Assembly: GCA_965153285.1 (NCBI GenBank)
Contig: OZ229110.1
DNA from: Podarcis tiliguerta
Lineage: Eukaryota
Length of the DNA stretch: 64,000 bases
Reading direction: 5' to 3' (one strand)
A program made the translations under genes and the position numbers. The notes beneath the pieces are model-generated. The model was not told the origin of the DNA. It was given only the letters and a program-made list of their open reading frames with translations, and made no database searches. This document shows, in pieces, positions 1-12,767 of the stretch; within the stretch, counting starts at the first letter, position 1; every line of letters starts with the position of its first letter.

Positions 1-194
1 GAGGAAGACTCTAAAATAGGCCAGTGAATACTGAGCAAACTCAATGGGTGTGGAATGGCGATTGACTGTTAGGTGTAAAAATAATTATGTATAACCAGGA
101 AAGGGGAAATGGAACTGGGTATCCTGAACAGGAACATTTCACGCTGCAATGTTCTGTTGCAGGTTCACTTGTTTCAAATTCCATTTTGCCGCAC

Positions 195-341
195 ATAGAA
201 TCATAGAATAGTAGAGTTGGAAGGGACCACGAGGGTCATCTAGTCCAACTCCCTGCAATGCAGGAATCTTTTGCCCAACATGGGGCTTAAACCCACAACT
301 CTGAGATTAAGAGTCTTATGCTCAACCAACTGAGCTATCCC
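195..341 (-). mobile_element. tRNA(Lys)-derived SINE with CR1-type 3' tail
   Basis: Minus strand reads gggatagctcagttggttgagcataagactcttaatctcag... (tRNA-Lys-CTT-like head with A/B boxes), then ggactagatgaccctcgtggtcccttccaactctactattctatgattcta (CR1 3' end). Confidence 0.8.
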
Positions 342-1288
342 AAACATGATGAGAAGAGTACACTACTTGGAAGTCTTCCATCACCTTAACTGTTTTATTT
401 TTAGCTCTCTAACCCAAATCAGTATTTGGGTAGTGTCAGCAGAAGAAATAGACAAACAGTTTCAGATGGCCCTGATCATAATGATATCTCGGGGCTGCCC
501 CTCCCCTTACTGTTTGTTTCTCTATCCACAGGCCCATGGGTTGTATTCACCTAACTTTCCATTAAAATGATTGGATCTAAATTCATCATGGCCATGAATT
601 TCAATGGGTCTATTCTGAGAATGGGGTTGTATTCACCTATCTCCATTACACCCATTATGTTACATCCGTAGCATTTCCTCTGCAAAATTATATGTCTACA
701 ATCCCATCCTTCATATGTCTTCCACTTTCTAAGGAACTGCCACCAGAGTCCCTGTTGTATCCTGGAGGAAAGGTTATGAACACCTGTTATTTTCTAGAGT
801 TGAATGCTCTCATGATCTTGGGGTATATGTGTAAATAGATAAATAAAATTACCCATCCATTCATCCATAGTTTTCAGGTGAAACAGTTCCTAGAGTGGTT
901 TGCTTAAGATTTTTTAAAATATGCATTCCCTTCATTTAATCCAAAAGATATGCCACAAATGGGAGGGGAGGGATGATAAAACACGGAAACTTGGGATTCA
1001 GTCCTTATGATGTAAATGTAACCGTCTGGAATCAAAACTGTTCAAAGCGAGAGGAGTCAAATGGATCTGGTTTTTCAGCAGTGCCAAAGAAATGGCCCAG
1101 CTCCCTTTCCTTCTGCTGCAGCCCGATGGAATGACTGCTGCCAGCTGACCCCTGTCATTCAAGTGATTACCTCCATGTATATCTTTACTGGGTGGTCCCG
1201 GTAACAAAAGCAAGCCCAAATCAGCTATCCTGACTACGAATAGATCCCTGGACTTTTATCTTGTAGCAAACTCTGATCGTTGGCATAT

Positions 1289-1428
1289 AATAATAATAAT
1301 AATAATAATTGTACCCTGCCCATCTGACTGGGTTGCCCCAGGCACTCTGTGTGGCTTCCAGCGTATATAAAAACATAGTGAAACATTAAACCTTAAAAAA
1401 AGCTTCCCTATACAGGGCTGCCTTCAGC
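1289..1428 (-). mobile_element. L2-clade LINE 3' end fragment with (TAA)n tail
   Basis: Similar to the 3' ends of the L2 copies at 30742-31188 and 36347-36797. Confidence 0.7.
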
Positions 1429-1904
1429 AACTGTTCCTCATCTGTTCTTCTGTCATCACTCAAGCCCCAGGCAGCATGTAACCATCTGCATATGTAATCT
1501 GGGCTTGCACTGGCTTGGTGGAACATTTTATTTGGCTAGCTGCCAGAGAGAAATACCAGGAGGTTATCACCTCCCAAGAAAAGGTTCTGAAAGTGCAAGT
1601 CATAGTGAAGGAAGCCTCTTAGGAACATAGGGAGGTGCCTTACCCTGAATTAGACCACAGGTCCATCTAAGCCTAGTATGGTTGACACTGACTGGCAGCA
1701 GCTCTCCAAGGTTCTTGTTACTGTTGGTGGATCTCATGGTTGGGAAATCTGTGGCCTGTCAAATAGTGACCATAATTAGAGAATTGCCGATAATAAAATC
1801 TCCCTTTTTGCCTTTCTTTGGCATAGAGTGGAACTCATGGACCCTTCATGCAGCCCATCCCTTATCGGTGGTTTCTTCCTAGTCTGTAATGGTAGCATTA
1901 GGAG

Positions 1905-2110
1905 AGGGGGCGGCAGGTTTACCTCGCCTGGGCCGGTTCACTCCAGCAGAGATCCCTCCGTGGGCCAGACTGCATGTGTCAATGCGTGCACCCGCAATTT
2001 CCGGTGTCTGAATCTGCGTGGACGCAATTTCCGGTTTAGCGCAGCGGGCGGGGACTCGGTGGTCGGCTCGGTACGGGGGCAGCTCATGGGGCTATTAAAT
2101 GACCCCCGTG
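1905..2110. mobile_element. GC/CpG-rich DNA transposon (hAT-like) remnant
   Basis: gggccggttcactcc...gggccagact subterminal-like motif and a repeated cgcaatttccggt unit. Boundaries approximate. Confidence 0.45.
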
Positions 2111-2164
2111 GACTGCTTGGTAGGTGTGGAGTCCTTTCAATCTAAATGTTGCTCTCCTTCCCAG

Positions 2165-2357
2165 CAGTGGTGGAGCTGGCTGCATGGGCGCCTGGAACGG
2201 TGGCCATGCCATGCACCCGGGGGGGGGGGAGGTGCGATCCTCCACATGTGGCTGCAGCGGTGGTGGTGCGATCCTCCGTGCGGTGTGCCTCTGTCACCCC
2301 CCTCAGAGATTGCACATGGGGCGGACCGCCCCCACCACACCCCTTCCTACGCCCCTG
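2165..2357. mobile_element. hAT MITE with 8-bp TSD cttcccag
   Basis: Imperfect TIRs cagtggtggag / ctacgcccctg. Direct repeat cttcccag at 2157-2164 and 2358-2365. Confidence 0.8.
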
Positions 2358-4494
2358 CTTCCCAGCTGGCCAGCATGAGGGTGTGCCTGAACAACTGGCT
2401 TTGTAATGTTTTATTTCGTGTAATTAATTTTTATTTCCGTTTTTCTGTTTCCAGTGGAAATAAATAAGCATCAATGCAATTGATTGACTGCCTTTCTGTT
2501 TTGTGGAGTTTGCTGCTGATATAAGAAGTGTCAAATATGTAACATTTGAAACTGCAGCACAAAATATATAGAAACTTGTACAGTCTAATGTTGCTAGTTG
2601 TTACTGTTACTGTTATTGTTGTTATTATTATTATTAAATTTATATCCCGTACTTCCTCTCCAAGGATCTGAGGGCTGCAAACCCCCAAAAGCCAAAACAA
2701 TACAATTGGAAACCACTACATACCTTCAAAGCTAATAACGTTGCCAGGAACAGTATCTTTCAGCCATCAAATGTCTGAGCATGGGCATAGCCAGGGAGCA
2801 GCCCCCCCCCCCCCCCGATCAAGTAAAGCAATAGAAATACTTAACTAACTATAATGAATTAGATAAATATGCTGCACCTAGAAGGGCATTCTGCAAACGG
2901 AACTGCCACCAAGAAGGCCCTGTCACAGAGCCTTCACAACAACAGAGCCTCCCTTGGTCTGTGGATCATAGATTTATGGAACTGAATCCTTTCAAAGTTG
3001 TCAAAAACATTTAAAGTGCTGGTGCTCTAAGTACTGTAGTCCTGTTATTGTATTAATGGATGTTTCATTTGTTTCTGAACTGTGACAGAAGTACCTGACC
3101 TGTATGGTTAACATTTGAACCTCAGCTTTTTCCTAGAAAAAAACCACTACATAAGTTCCAAAAAGAGAACTGCGTGCTACACTGCAAAGTAGCATCTAAT
3201 CTGGTTCTTAGCTATTGGCTTCTTGAAAAATGTGGTGCAACTTTCAACATTGAGAAACGACATGGTTGTTGTCGCAATACATACTGGATTTCTTTATGCA
3301 ATAATAGTGATGGGTGGAGGGTTTATACATACAGTGGAGGTTCCCTTTAGTTTAGATCCCAATGAACATTTGGTAGATCTTCTGGCTGATCAATCTGCTG
3401 TTTCTGAATGTGGTATTCATTGAATTTTGTGGATATCTGGATTATTTGACAGTGTATGAAGCTAACTAGAAATTTTCATAGGGACATTTTGTGACCGTAT
3501 AATGTAGGTGCTGTTTTTTATATAAAAAAGCCCTTGCACATCAGATCATTTTATATTAAAAACATTGTTCCAGTTTTGTACCTCACATTAATGAGTACCG
3601 TTGGTTATTGTCTCTGTTTTTCATCCATGAGTTTTCCAGTAATAGCATCAGACCACAAGGTGGCGAAAATGTCCCTCACAAATAAAAATAAATGGGGCTT
3701 TTAAAATTCACATTGCAGCATCTGTTCATTTTGGAATGAGCCAAAAGTGAAGTGATTATTACATTTACATTTCAAACTTCTTATGATTTTTGTGAACAGA
3801 AATGTTCTAGCAACAGTGAATCTGTAGTTCTCCACTTACTACCCCCCCCCAATTATACACCAGCAGGGATGGCTTGTGGGGGGGGGAGATTTTAACTCTT
3901 GCTCCCCTGTGGAAGTGTATTATTGGGGCACTATTAATTCTTGGGCCCCTCTTCTTTTTAAGAAAAGAACCATGTGGAGTTGCAGGGTGAATGTAAGAAC
4001 CTTATACAGACCATTGGGTCAGTGTTATCTACATTGATTGGCGGAGCCAAATGTGCTCACCAATACTAGAGCATATTGTAGTATTTTAATTTTTTTCATC
4101 TCACAAGTAGAAGTGAAATTGAGAAGCATATTTGCTTTGTATACATGATGTAATAAATCCTGTCTTTAGGCACCAGGCAAAAACATCCCTCTTCTCCCAG
4201 GCCTTTGGCTAATTAAGCAATCTCTGGTCTTTTAAACTGTGAGGACATTATTGTTTTTATTTATTACTATGTTATGCATTTTTCTGTTTTTATATTGTTA
4301 ATTGTCCTGTGATCCTCGGATGAAGGAGGAGACATCTGGTTGGAAGATGGACCATTGGTTCAATGATCTAGCAAAACTCTTAGATCTTATGAGATCCAAA
4401 ACAGATCTACCAAAAATGGAAAAGAAATGCCTGCAATGTTGATCCATTGGTGTATTTTAGTACAGAGCAGATGTGAGGAACCTTTGGCTCTCCT

Positions 4495-5688
4495 GGGATC
4501 AGGTGTTAAACAGGGTTGTGTTATTACCCCAACTCTATTTATTATTTTCATTGCCATGATCCTACACATTGTTGAAGGGAAACTCCCCACCAGAGTAGAA
4601 ATCATATATCGAACAGATGGAAAGCTCTTTAATCTGAGTAGGCTGAAGGAAAGAGTAAGGTTACCGTAACTTCCGTCACAGAGCTTCACTATGCTGATGA
4701 CAACGTAGTGTGTGCACACTCAGAGGATGACCTCCAAACCATTCTAAATACCTTCGCAGAAGCTTACAAAAAGCTTGGCCTATCGCTCAACATCCAAAAC
4801 ACCAAAGTGCTGCACCAACAAGCACAAAACGACCCCTCTGCAGCACCACAAATCCAATTAAATGGTGTAACATTGGAAAATGTCAATCACTTCTCCTACC
4901 TGGGCAGTTATCTTTCCATAAGGGCTGACATTGATGCCAAAATCCAGTATTGCCTGAGCTCTGCGAGTGCAGCTTTCTCCCAATTGAAGTGCAAAGTGTT
5001 TGAGGACCATGACATTCACAGGGAAACCAAAATGTTTGTTTACAAAGCTATTGTAATAGCAGCCTTACTATATGCTTGTGAAGCATGAACCACCTATAAA
5101 CACAATCTCTAATTTCTCCAAAGATTCCATCAACGGTGTCTCTGAAAAATTGTACATATCACTTGGGAAGACAGGCAAACTAATGCCAGTGTACTAGAAG
5201 AAGCAAAGATCACCAGCGTCAAAGCAATGATTCTTCAACATCAACTTCGTTGGACTGGTCATGTGCAGATGCCTGATTATCGTCTTCCAAAGCATCTACT
5301 CTATTTCCAACTTAAAAATGGAAGGTGTAATGCTGGTGGTCAACAAAAGACATTAAAAGACTCTCTTAAGGAAAATCTTTTTAAAATGTAGTATAAACAC
5401 TGACAATTGGGAAACACTGGCCTGCAAGTGCTCCAATTGGAGTACAGCCTTCACCAAAGGTGTCATTGGCTTTGAAGATGCTTGAACTCAGGACAAAACA
5501 TGCTTTGGAAGGAACGTGTGGCAGACCCTCACCATGATCAACTCCCACCCGGAAACCTACGGTATATCCCCACTGTGGAAGAACATGTGGATCCAGAATT
5601 GGCCTCCACAGTCACGGACTTGCTGTTAAGACCGTGTCCATGGAAGACAAATCTTACTCGACTACAAGTGATCACCAAAGAAGAAGAC
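4495..5688 (+). mobile_element. 5'-truncated RTE-clade LINE (degenerate reverse transcriptase) with (AAG)n tail
   Basis: GVKQGCVITPTLF, YADD-like motif (cactatgctgatgac) and FSYLGS in frameshifted ORFs 4427..4669 and 4708..5088. Ends aaagaagaaga. Confidence 0.9.
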
Positions 5689-6544
5689 TTGGTATAAGAA
5701 AGACTCCTCAGGCACCCACTGTCTTTAGGGTCTCATTTTAGGTACAAAGTCATCTGATACATGTGCTTTTCCATGCAGGATGGCTAACCTGTTCTGGATG
5801 AGGAAGGAGCCACCTTAGCTGCTCTTGCATAAGATTGTAGAGCAAAACTTTGAGAGCAACTAATGTGCAGCCTTGTTTTAAGCATGGACTTGTTTGTAGT
5901 TCAGTGTGGGCAGGGTAACCTCTAATCTGAATTGCCACATCCATATGTGCAGTAGTTGTATACAAATACAGCCCACACCCAGCCCACAGACACCCGGTTA
6001 GTTGTATCACATTAGAGTTATTGCAGCATGCCTGTTTTCATTTTTTATTTGACCATGTCCAGCATAATGATTATACCAGGCCTTGTTTAAGTGAGGTATC
6101 ATTGCTCAAGCATGCTTGCAAACCCTACCCTGTAATATCATATGTGTGGGGCAGACTGCTCAAGGGTTGGGAAAATGCACTCTGCACACACTCCAAAGCA
6201 TTTTCCTTTAGATGCAGAGGCTGAAATTGAGAACATGGTGACTTACAAGATAAGTCCTACTGAATTACCCCCAGCTATGTGCAATTAGGATTACAGTCTT
6301 AGAATGTCAGCTTTGAGCCAGAAAGGCGCAGATCCAAATCTTAACTCACCTATGAATTCAATAAACAGCACTCTCACCCTCAGCCCCCTTCCCTATGACG
6401 TATAATACTATAAATGACAGTATTAGTAATATATTCATAGGCCACAGGGATGGGCTTTGGTTCGAAAGAAGTTTTAATGCTTATGCGCTATGAATGTTGA
6501 TCTGTAGGTAGAATGCCAACACAAATAAATTGACTTCAATAAAG

Positions 6545-9500
6545 GTAGCATTTCGTTTGCTTTTATTCAACAGTTCCTCCCACAGTGAAACTCAAAAGAA
6601 CATTTCTCAGAGAAGTGTTTTTTTTTTGGGGGGGGGGGGGAGACAACAAAATGTCTAAAGTATCAACCAGTGTGTAGACTCTCTCATAGTACAACATCAA
6701 AAGGTAGAAACCTGTTACAAAATATGTAAAAAAAACCAACCCACTCAATCACAATAGTGCAAGAGGTCATGAACAATCCGTCTGGATGGAGGCAGCAAAG
6801 AGCAGACTGAAAGCAACACGACGCCCTTTTTTTAGCAAAGAGACAGTTTCTTTCCACAATAAATTAGCAGGGTATTCTATCAGTCTCCCTGCACAGCTGA
6901 CAATACCGCAGAAGAAGGACTAAAGCCAAATGGTATTATATGCTATGTAACTTTTCGGAACAGTGGGCAGGATATTGGCAAGTCAATTGAAGGCAAATCT
7001 ACCAAACACAGATATAATCAGACAGCTGTCATGCTCAGTTGTGAGGTCATAAACATCAATGATGTGTCCCAGCCTCTTCTGCTCAAGACTATAGCCTTGT
7101 CTCCTGTACATTCTCCATTCAAGAAGGTGCTTCTGGGTCTTATACTACCCAGCTTTGAATTTACACCTGCTAACCATCACAAATGGCCTTGTAAGCCTAA
7201 GGGCTGTAGTGCATTCTACATAATGACATCTCCTGAATGGAACTGGATGCACGGGGCATGTTGAATTCGAAGCTTTAAGGTGTGAATGGAAATCTGGGCA
7301 CAATTCAGAAGATACTGATTGTTATCTTTAGAAACCTAATACATTGGGACTCCAAACATCTAAGAGATATCTTCACCCTTATCCATCCTGCTCTGCCCAG
7401 TTGCTTTCTCTAAGATCAGCTGACTTTGTTCTTACAGCTCTAAGATCAGCTGTACATGTTCTTATATATGTACCTGATGCATTTGTAGCATATTTAGGAA
7501 CATAAGAGCCTGCTGATCTTAGCCCAGCATCCTATTCTAACAGTGGCCACCCAGATGCCTGAGCAAAACCCATGCAGGACACACAGAGAAGTATTTTCAG
7601 AGACTGCTATGAAACAGCAAGGTCCAAGCTTTAGCATCCTCTGGAGGATTAGCTTTTAAGTGGGTCTAGTTCACATATGTTCATTTGATTACTTTATACC
7701 TGATGACTGCCACCTGCATATGGAAGTGGACTCCACTGCAAAGCTTTTGCTCAAATCTAGTTAGGTGCTATATAGATGAGGATTCTCATCCACCACCAGG
7801 TGCTGTAGATGTGATTCCTCTCCATGACTGAGCTGTGCATAACACATTCCTCTTCGACAAACAGTAATCTTACCTATCACCTGTTGGGAAGGAAAAGGAA
7901 GAAGGCTGGATAGTACCTCTCTGTTTCTACCTCCCCTCCAAAGGGACGATAGGCATTTTAAAAACAGCTCCACATGTATAGAGCTGGGTCTTGGCTATTA
8001 ACTTACAGGTGATGTGAAATGGAAATTCTCTCTGTGACGCCCATTAGAACACAAAATACATCCTTTCATTACTTTCATCCAGTAATGAAAATGCATGTAT
8101 AAACCAGACTTAGGGCATAAGTGAAGGGAAGCATGGTAGTGTTTCTTTGGATTTGTATATTTTCAGGGTTTGGGGTTTTCCATCATGTTGTTTTGAATGT
8201 TCTTAGAATTCACTTCTGCACAGGGGTGAAACTTAAAGTATTGGCGAGGACCAGAGTGATGTCTGGTGATTGACAGCTGGACAACAGTACCCACCTGCCA
8301 AAGTAGCCTGCTGGGGTGGGGGAAAACTCAGGATTCCCCACCTCTAATCTAGATAAAATTAGTTGTTTGTACTACAGCATCACATGTCCATGCCAATACA
8401 CTATCCTCCATTTTGCCCATTGTGAAGCATGTTGACAAGGCTTGACCTTGAGCTCTTCTGGAATTATTTGGTTGTTGGTGTTTTAAGGTGCATGTGCACA
8501 GGTACAGAGATACCTGTTCACATTTTCACAATGTAAAAAGGTGGTGGTGGAGTGATTGAGAGGGATAAAACTCTCCCACATGGCATATATTCTGTTAAGC
8601 TCCACCCTCAGGTGGAATAGCAATGAATATTGTGGGTGAAAAAAGAGGGATGGTTGTATATTTGTGTACCAGTTGTCGCACACACAACAAATGGATCTGA
8701 ACGACCCAACTGCATGATAATGCCTCTGTGCTGAAGTCCCATGCTGCTTTTCCATTTACCACCTGACCCTTGAACATTCTGCTCAGGTATATCCAGACAT
8801 TTTCAAGATTATCTTTACAGTCATGTAGGGTGGAAACTTGGACTTTGTTAATTTTTGCACTTGTGTGAGACTATTGTAGACAGAGAATTCAAAGAGTACT
8901 GACAACACTGACTGCTATGCCATTATGCCAGTACATTATAAAGTAAGAATATCACACACAACTGTGGCACTGCAGTCTTTCTAAAATAAGATGCAGGTTT
9001 TGGGACAGAACATGAAAGCAGCATTGTCACCATCTACAAAAAAATAAACAGAGCACCTCCTTTCCCTATCCCTATCAAGAATATAAATTGCCATCTGTCA
9101 GAGAAGTAACCAGTCCACCCGACCATTCACTTGACCATTAATTTAAATGAAATTATTTCCTTCCTGTATCCTCCCAGTCAAGCCTGATCAAATATTATCT
9201 TAGTCCCCTCTACTGGCAGCTATAACTATGTCAAGTCTAAAGAATAATCCTGGCCCCGCTGTCAGTCTAAGTGAATAAAGGAAGCTTTCTGGCCACCAAA
9301 ATCCAAGGAAATGTGCAATTTTTAAATGTTCTGCCTTGGAGATGATAAGAAGGGAAGGTCAATCCACTTGTCCTTCACCCAGTGGAATTCCCAGGACTTC
9401 CGTCTACACTGGTGGAGAAGAAAAGCTGTAAAAATGTTTCACTAAGTGTCATGGACATGACGGAAAACTCAAGGGATGCTGTGGTGCATCTCTCATTCCT

Positions 9501-9926
9501 TCCTCCCCCTCAGTGCTTCTGCAGAGTACCTGGAAGAGCTCTTTTGAGGACCGAATTGCAAGAGTTCAGGTAATGTCAAGCACACAGTAGGGGGAGAAAG
9601 ACTGTCAATAAGACTAGAGTTACACCTTTTGAGTTGAAAAAAATACCATTATATCGCTGTAAGAAGATTAGTGTCAGAGACGAAGGCAGGCTTGAATCAG
9701 TTGTAAGCCTATATACTATATGCTTAGTGTGCTTCTACCAAAGCCGCCAGTCTGCTGTAAACAAATCCCAAAATAGGTCCCTCTCTAAGTATAGACATAG
9801 AGGACAAGGAAACCCTACGGCGCTCCAGATTCTATCCGGCTTTTCCTACAGCAGGAGCAACATGCTGTTCCTTCTTCTTCAAGGCCTGTTGATTCTTCTG
9901 TTCCAACTGCAGATGGACCTTTCCTT
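6545..9926 (-). other. STON2: Putative STON2 3'UTR (~3.4 kb)
   Basis: Largely TE-free stretch after the stop codon, ending at the first minus-strand AATAAA I could find, followed by U/GU-rich sequence. The end point is inferred. Confidence 0.55.
6562..6567 (-). terminator. Candidate polyadenylation signal AATAAA of STON2
   Basis: Plus-strand tttatt. Downstream on the minus strand lies atttatttgtgttgg, a U/GU-rich element. Confidence 0.55.
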
Positions 9927-10010
9927 TCACTGCACAGCACAGCCCTTGGGGTTATCAGTGTGTTCTTCCATCACATCTGGATTCAAGCTCTTCTTCTGCT
10001 CTATCTCCAC
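9927..10010 (-). CDS. STON2: Stonin-2 terminal coding exon VEIEQKKSLNPDVMEEHTDNPKGCAVQ*
   Basis: Acceptor ttcttatcag|GTG in phase 0. Resembles the vertebrate STON2 C-terminus VEIEQKKSL...NPKECGVQ. TGA at 9927-9929. Confidence 0.95.
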   Translation of the reverse strand: MEIEQKKSLNPDVMEEHTDNPKGCAVQ

Positions 10011-10091
10011 CTGATAAGAAAGAGGAAGTTGGGAGTTGTGGGAAAAGAACAGTAAAATTTCTACATCAGCCAATGGCAACCTGCTCTGAAG

Positions 10092-10231
10092 CAGGGATGG
10101 GGAACCTGGGCCCTCCATCAGCTATTGTTGGACTTCAGTACCCATAAGCCTCAGTCAGCATGGGCAATGGTCAGTGACAATGGAAGCTGTAGTCGAGAAA
10201 CTTCTGAAGGCTGTCAAGTTCTCCATCTCTG
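10092..10231. mobile_element. hAT-like MITE in last STON2 intron
   Basis: Imperfect TIRs cagggatggggaac / gttctccatctctg. Degenerate TSD ctctgaag/ctctacag. Confidence 0.65.
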
Positions 10232-10562
10232 CTCTACAGTGAAGACAGTGGACATATACCCTTCTACACATGAGACTCTCATCTGCAAAAGTGGGACAGA
10301 TTCCAATCATAGCAACCCCATCAACCCTCATTGTTGTTGGCAAAATTGCAGTGGGTGAGGAGATTAGCATGGAATCAGTGTCATAATGTTCCATTTGATG
10401 GGAAGAACCCTCAAGCCTGCTGGATTGAAATCAGACAATGAAGGAGCTCAAGGAGGTAGGGACTTAGTACAGTAATCCCAGCTTCCTTCTGCAACACCCA
10501 CATCACTGTTCTTATAGCAAAAATGGGAGGAGTATCTGATCCATTTCTCCTCTTCCTAGGTT

Positions 10563-10760
10563 TATGAACATATAAAGGTGTCTTCAACAGAGTTAGACCA
10601 CTGGCTCCATCTAGCTCAGTGTTGTTTACTCTCAGGGGAGTGCAACAGTTTCAGGCAAGAGATCTTTCTGAGCCCTACCATCAGATATCTAGAGTTGCCA
10701 AGGACTGAATCTGGGGCCTTTTCCACTCAAAACATATAATCTACCACTGAGCTACAAAGC
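10563..10760 (-). mobile_element. Old tRNA-derived SINE (related copies near 1620-1712, 37455-37636, 51657-51810, 60990-61100)
   Basis: Recurrent ccatctagctcag...ctaccactgagctaca motif, the reverse complement of a tRNA-like head. Confidence 0.6.
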
Positions 10761-10933
10761 CTACTGTAGTTCTACTTCGAAATTTATGGTAGAAGACTTA
10801 TATAAGACAACATGGAGAATCTAGTCATTCACTGCAGTTCGTGGTCCCGATAGACATACTATAAAATAGTTTCATTTGCAAACTAACTAACCCGAATTCA
10901 CTTAATCCCTGGAAGAAAGCTGCTCGCCTGTAC

Positions 10934-11136
10934 CTTGTAACTGTAATGTGCTGAATAGTTGACCCACTTCCTGACATCTGTCTTGCCTTCCACAGAGATG
11001 GACCGGATGGTGGCTTTGGATGCTGAAGTGGTTGGCATGTCAAACTCCACATCCACATAGCGGACAAAGTTAGAAGGCACTTCCCGGTCTGAGCCAAGCT
11101 CCAGGTGGCAGAAGAAGCAGTGTGGGTGACCAGAAG
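10934..11136 (-). CDS. STON2: Stonin-2 penultimate coding exon (C-terminal mu-homology domain)
   Basis: ASGHPHCFFCHLELGSDREVPS...KTDVRKWVNYSAHYSYK. Acceptor ttttgtag|CT, donor AAG|gtacag. 203 nt, phase 1-0. Confidence 0.97.
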
Positions 11137-12240
11137 CTACAAAAGGGCAAAAGAGCATGGAAATCAAAAACTTTTTCTTTGAAATCAAGCCTTCAGAAGG
11201 CTTAGAAGCAGAACAAAACAGGAAAGCCAGCTTAATTAATTAAATGGTTATGAGTCAGAATGCTGTTGTCATGTCATTATTGAAAAACGAGAATCAAACT
11301 ACTGGGGTTTCAGTATGATGTGAGGTTTCAGTATGATGTTACAACATATTCTAGAAGACTATTTAAGAACCTCTTGTAAAAGTAACTGAATGACTCTTCC
11401 ATGCTTTACATCAGTCTGTTGATAAAACTGTTACAATAGATACTGGAAGGAATCTGGACAAACTGATAACTAATATTAGCTGATGGAATCATTTGGATCA
11501 TACTAAGACATATGATATTATACTGTTTAAAGCTCTAAATCAGTAATGGGCACGCCCACGCCCCTCTCATAAAAGAAAGACCCCACATGTTTAAAGACAA
11601 GTGTGAGCCTTCTAACTGTCCAATCCATATAACACTATTAAAGCTCAAAGTCCTATTGCAATCAAAGGGGCTTAGGCAAGATTTCAAAGAGAATTAAAAC
11701 ATGTATTTGGGGATGGGCTAGTTCCCACTGGCAGTATTTCTTGAGTCAAGTGCTGTGTTTTCATGTTTTGGAAATCTAGGGAACAGGAGCTCTTTGGCAC
11801 ACACTTCACCATGATGTAGGGATAGAGGGGGGAAACCCCACTTGTTCACCAAAAAACACCACCAGGAGACAGATTTTCAGTGGAAGTGGCAGAAGGGAGC
11901 CTGCTAATTTTTTCTCCCATTTGCTCTTCCACTGTAACTCAATTCCCAGTTGCTGTTCTCCTGTGAAGCTCCAAATAAATGCCTGCCTTTGTAAATCACC
12001 CCTTTCATTGATACTTTTCAGGAAATAGTCAATTAGAAGATTCTTAGATGTGTAATTTATTGAACAAAAAGTTGGACTCAGTGTTTGCCAGCTATAAAGT
12101 TGATATGCAAATATAGAAGAGCCTTATGTGATTTGCCAAAGGTCCCTGAAAATGTTATTAGAAATCAGAATTGGGAAGCAACTTTGGCTGTTTACATCAG
12201 AGTTGAATAATTATTTTCTAGACCGCAGAGGATTTACATG

Positions 12241-12767
12241 AAAAGCGATGACAAACCTAGACTGCATCTTACAAAGCAGAGACATCACCTTGCCGACAAA
12301 GGTCTGTATAGTTAAAGCTATGTTTTTCCCAGTAGCGATGTATGGAAGTGAGAGCTGGACCATAAAGAAGGCTGATTGCTGAAGAATTGATGCTTTTGAA
12401 TTACGGTCTGGAGGAGACTCTTGAGAGTCCCATAGACTGCAAGAAGATCAAACCTATCCATTCTTAAGGAAATCAGCCCTGAGTGCTCACTGGAAGGACA
12501 GATTGTGAAGCTGAGGCTCCAATACTTTGGCCACCTCATAAGAAGAGAAGACTCCCTGGAAAAGACCCTTATGTTGGGAAAGATTGAGGGCACAAGGAGA
12601 AGGGGATGACAGAGGACAAGATGGCTGGACAGTGTTCTCGAAGCTACCAACATGAGTTTGACCAAACTGCGGGAGGCAGTGGAAGACAGGAGTGCCTGGT
12701 GTGTTCTGGTCCATGGGGTCACGTAGAGTCGGATGCGACTAAACGACTACAGAACAACTACAACTAC
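12241..12767 (+). mobile_element. BovB (RTE) LINE 3' fragment
   Basis: gatgtatggaagtgagagctggaccataaagaaggctga...ccatggggtcac...gactaaacgactac with a (CAA)-like tail, as in BovB 3' ends. Confidence 0.9.

Noticed and set aside
270-341. tRNA-Lys gene
   Set aside because: Degenerate stems and direct fusion to a CR1 tail identify it as a SINE head.
1890-2400. CpG-rich block as a CpG-island promoter (e.g. GTF2A1) or coding ORFs
   Set aside because: Explained by a hAT MITE with TSD plus a transposon remnant. No GTF2A1-like peptide is seen, so a STON2-GTF2A1 read-through analogous to STON1-GTF2A1L cannot be assessed here.
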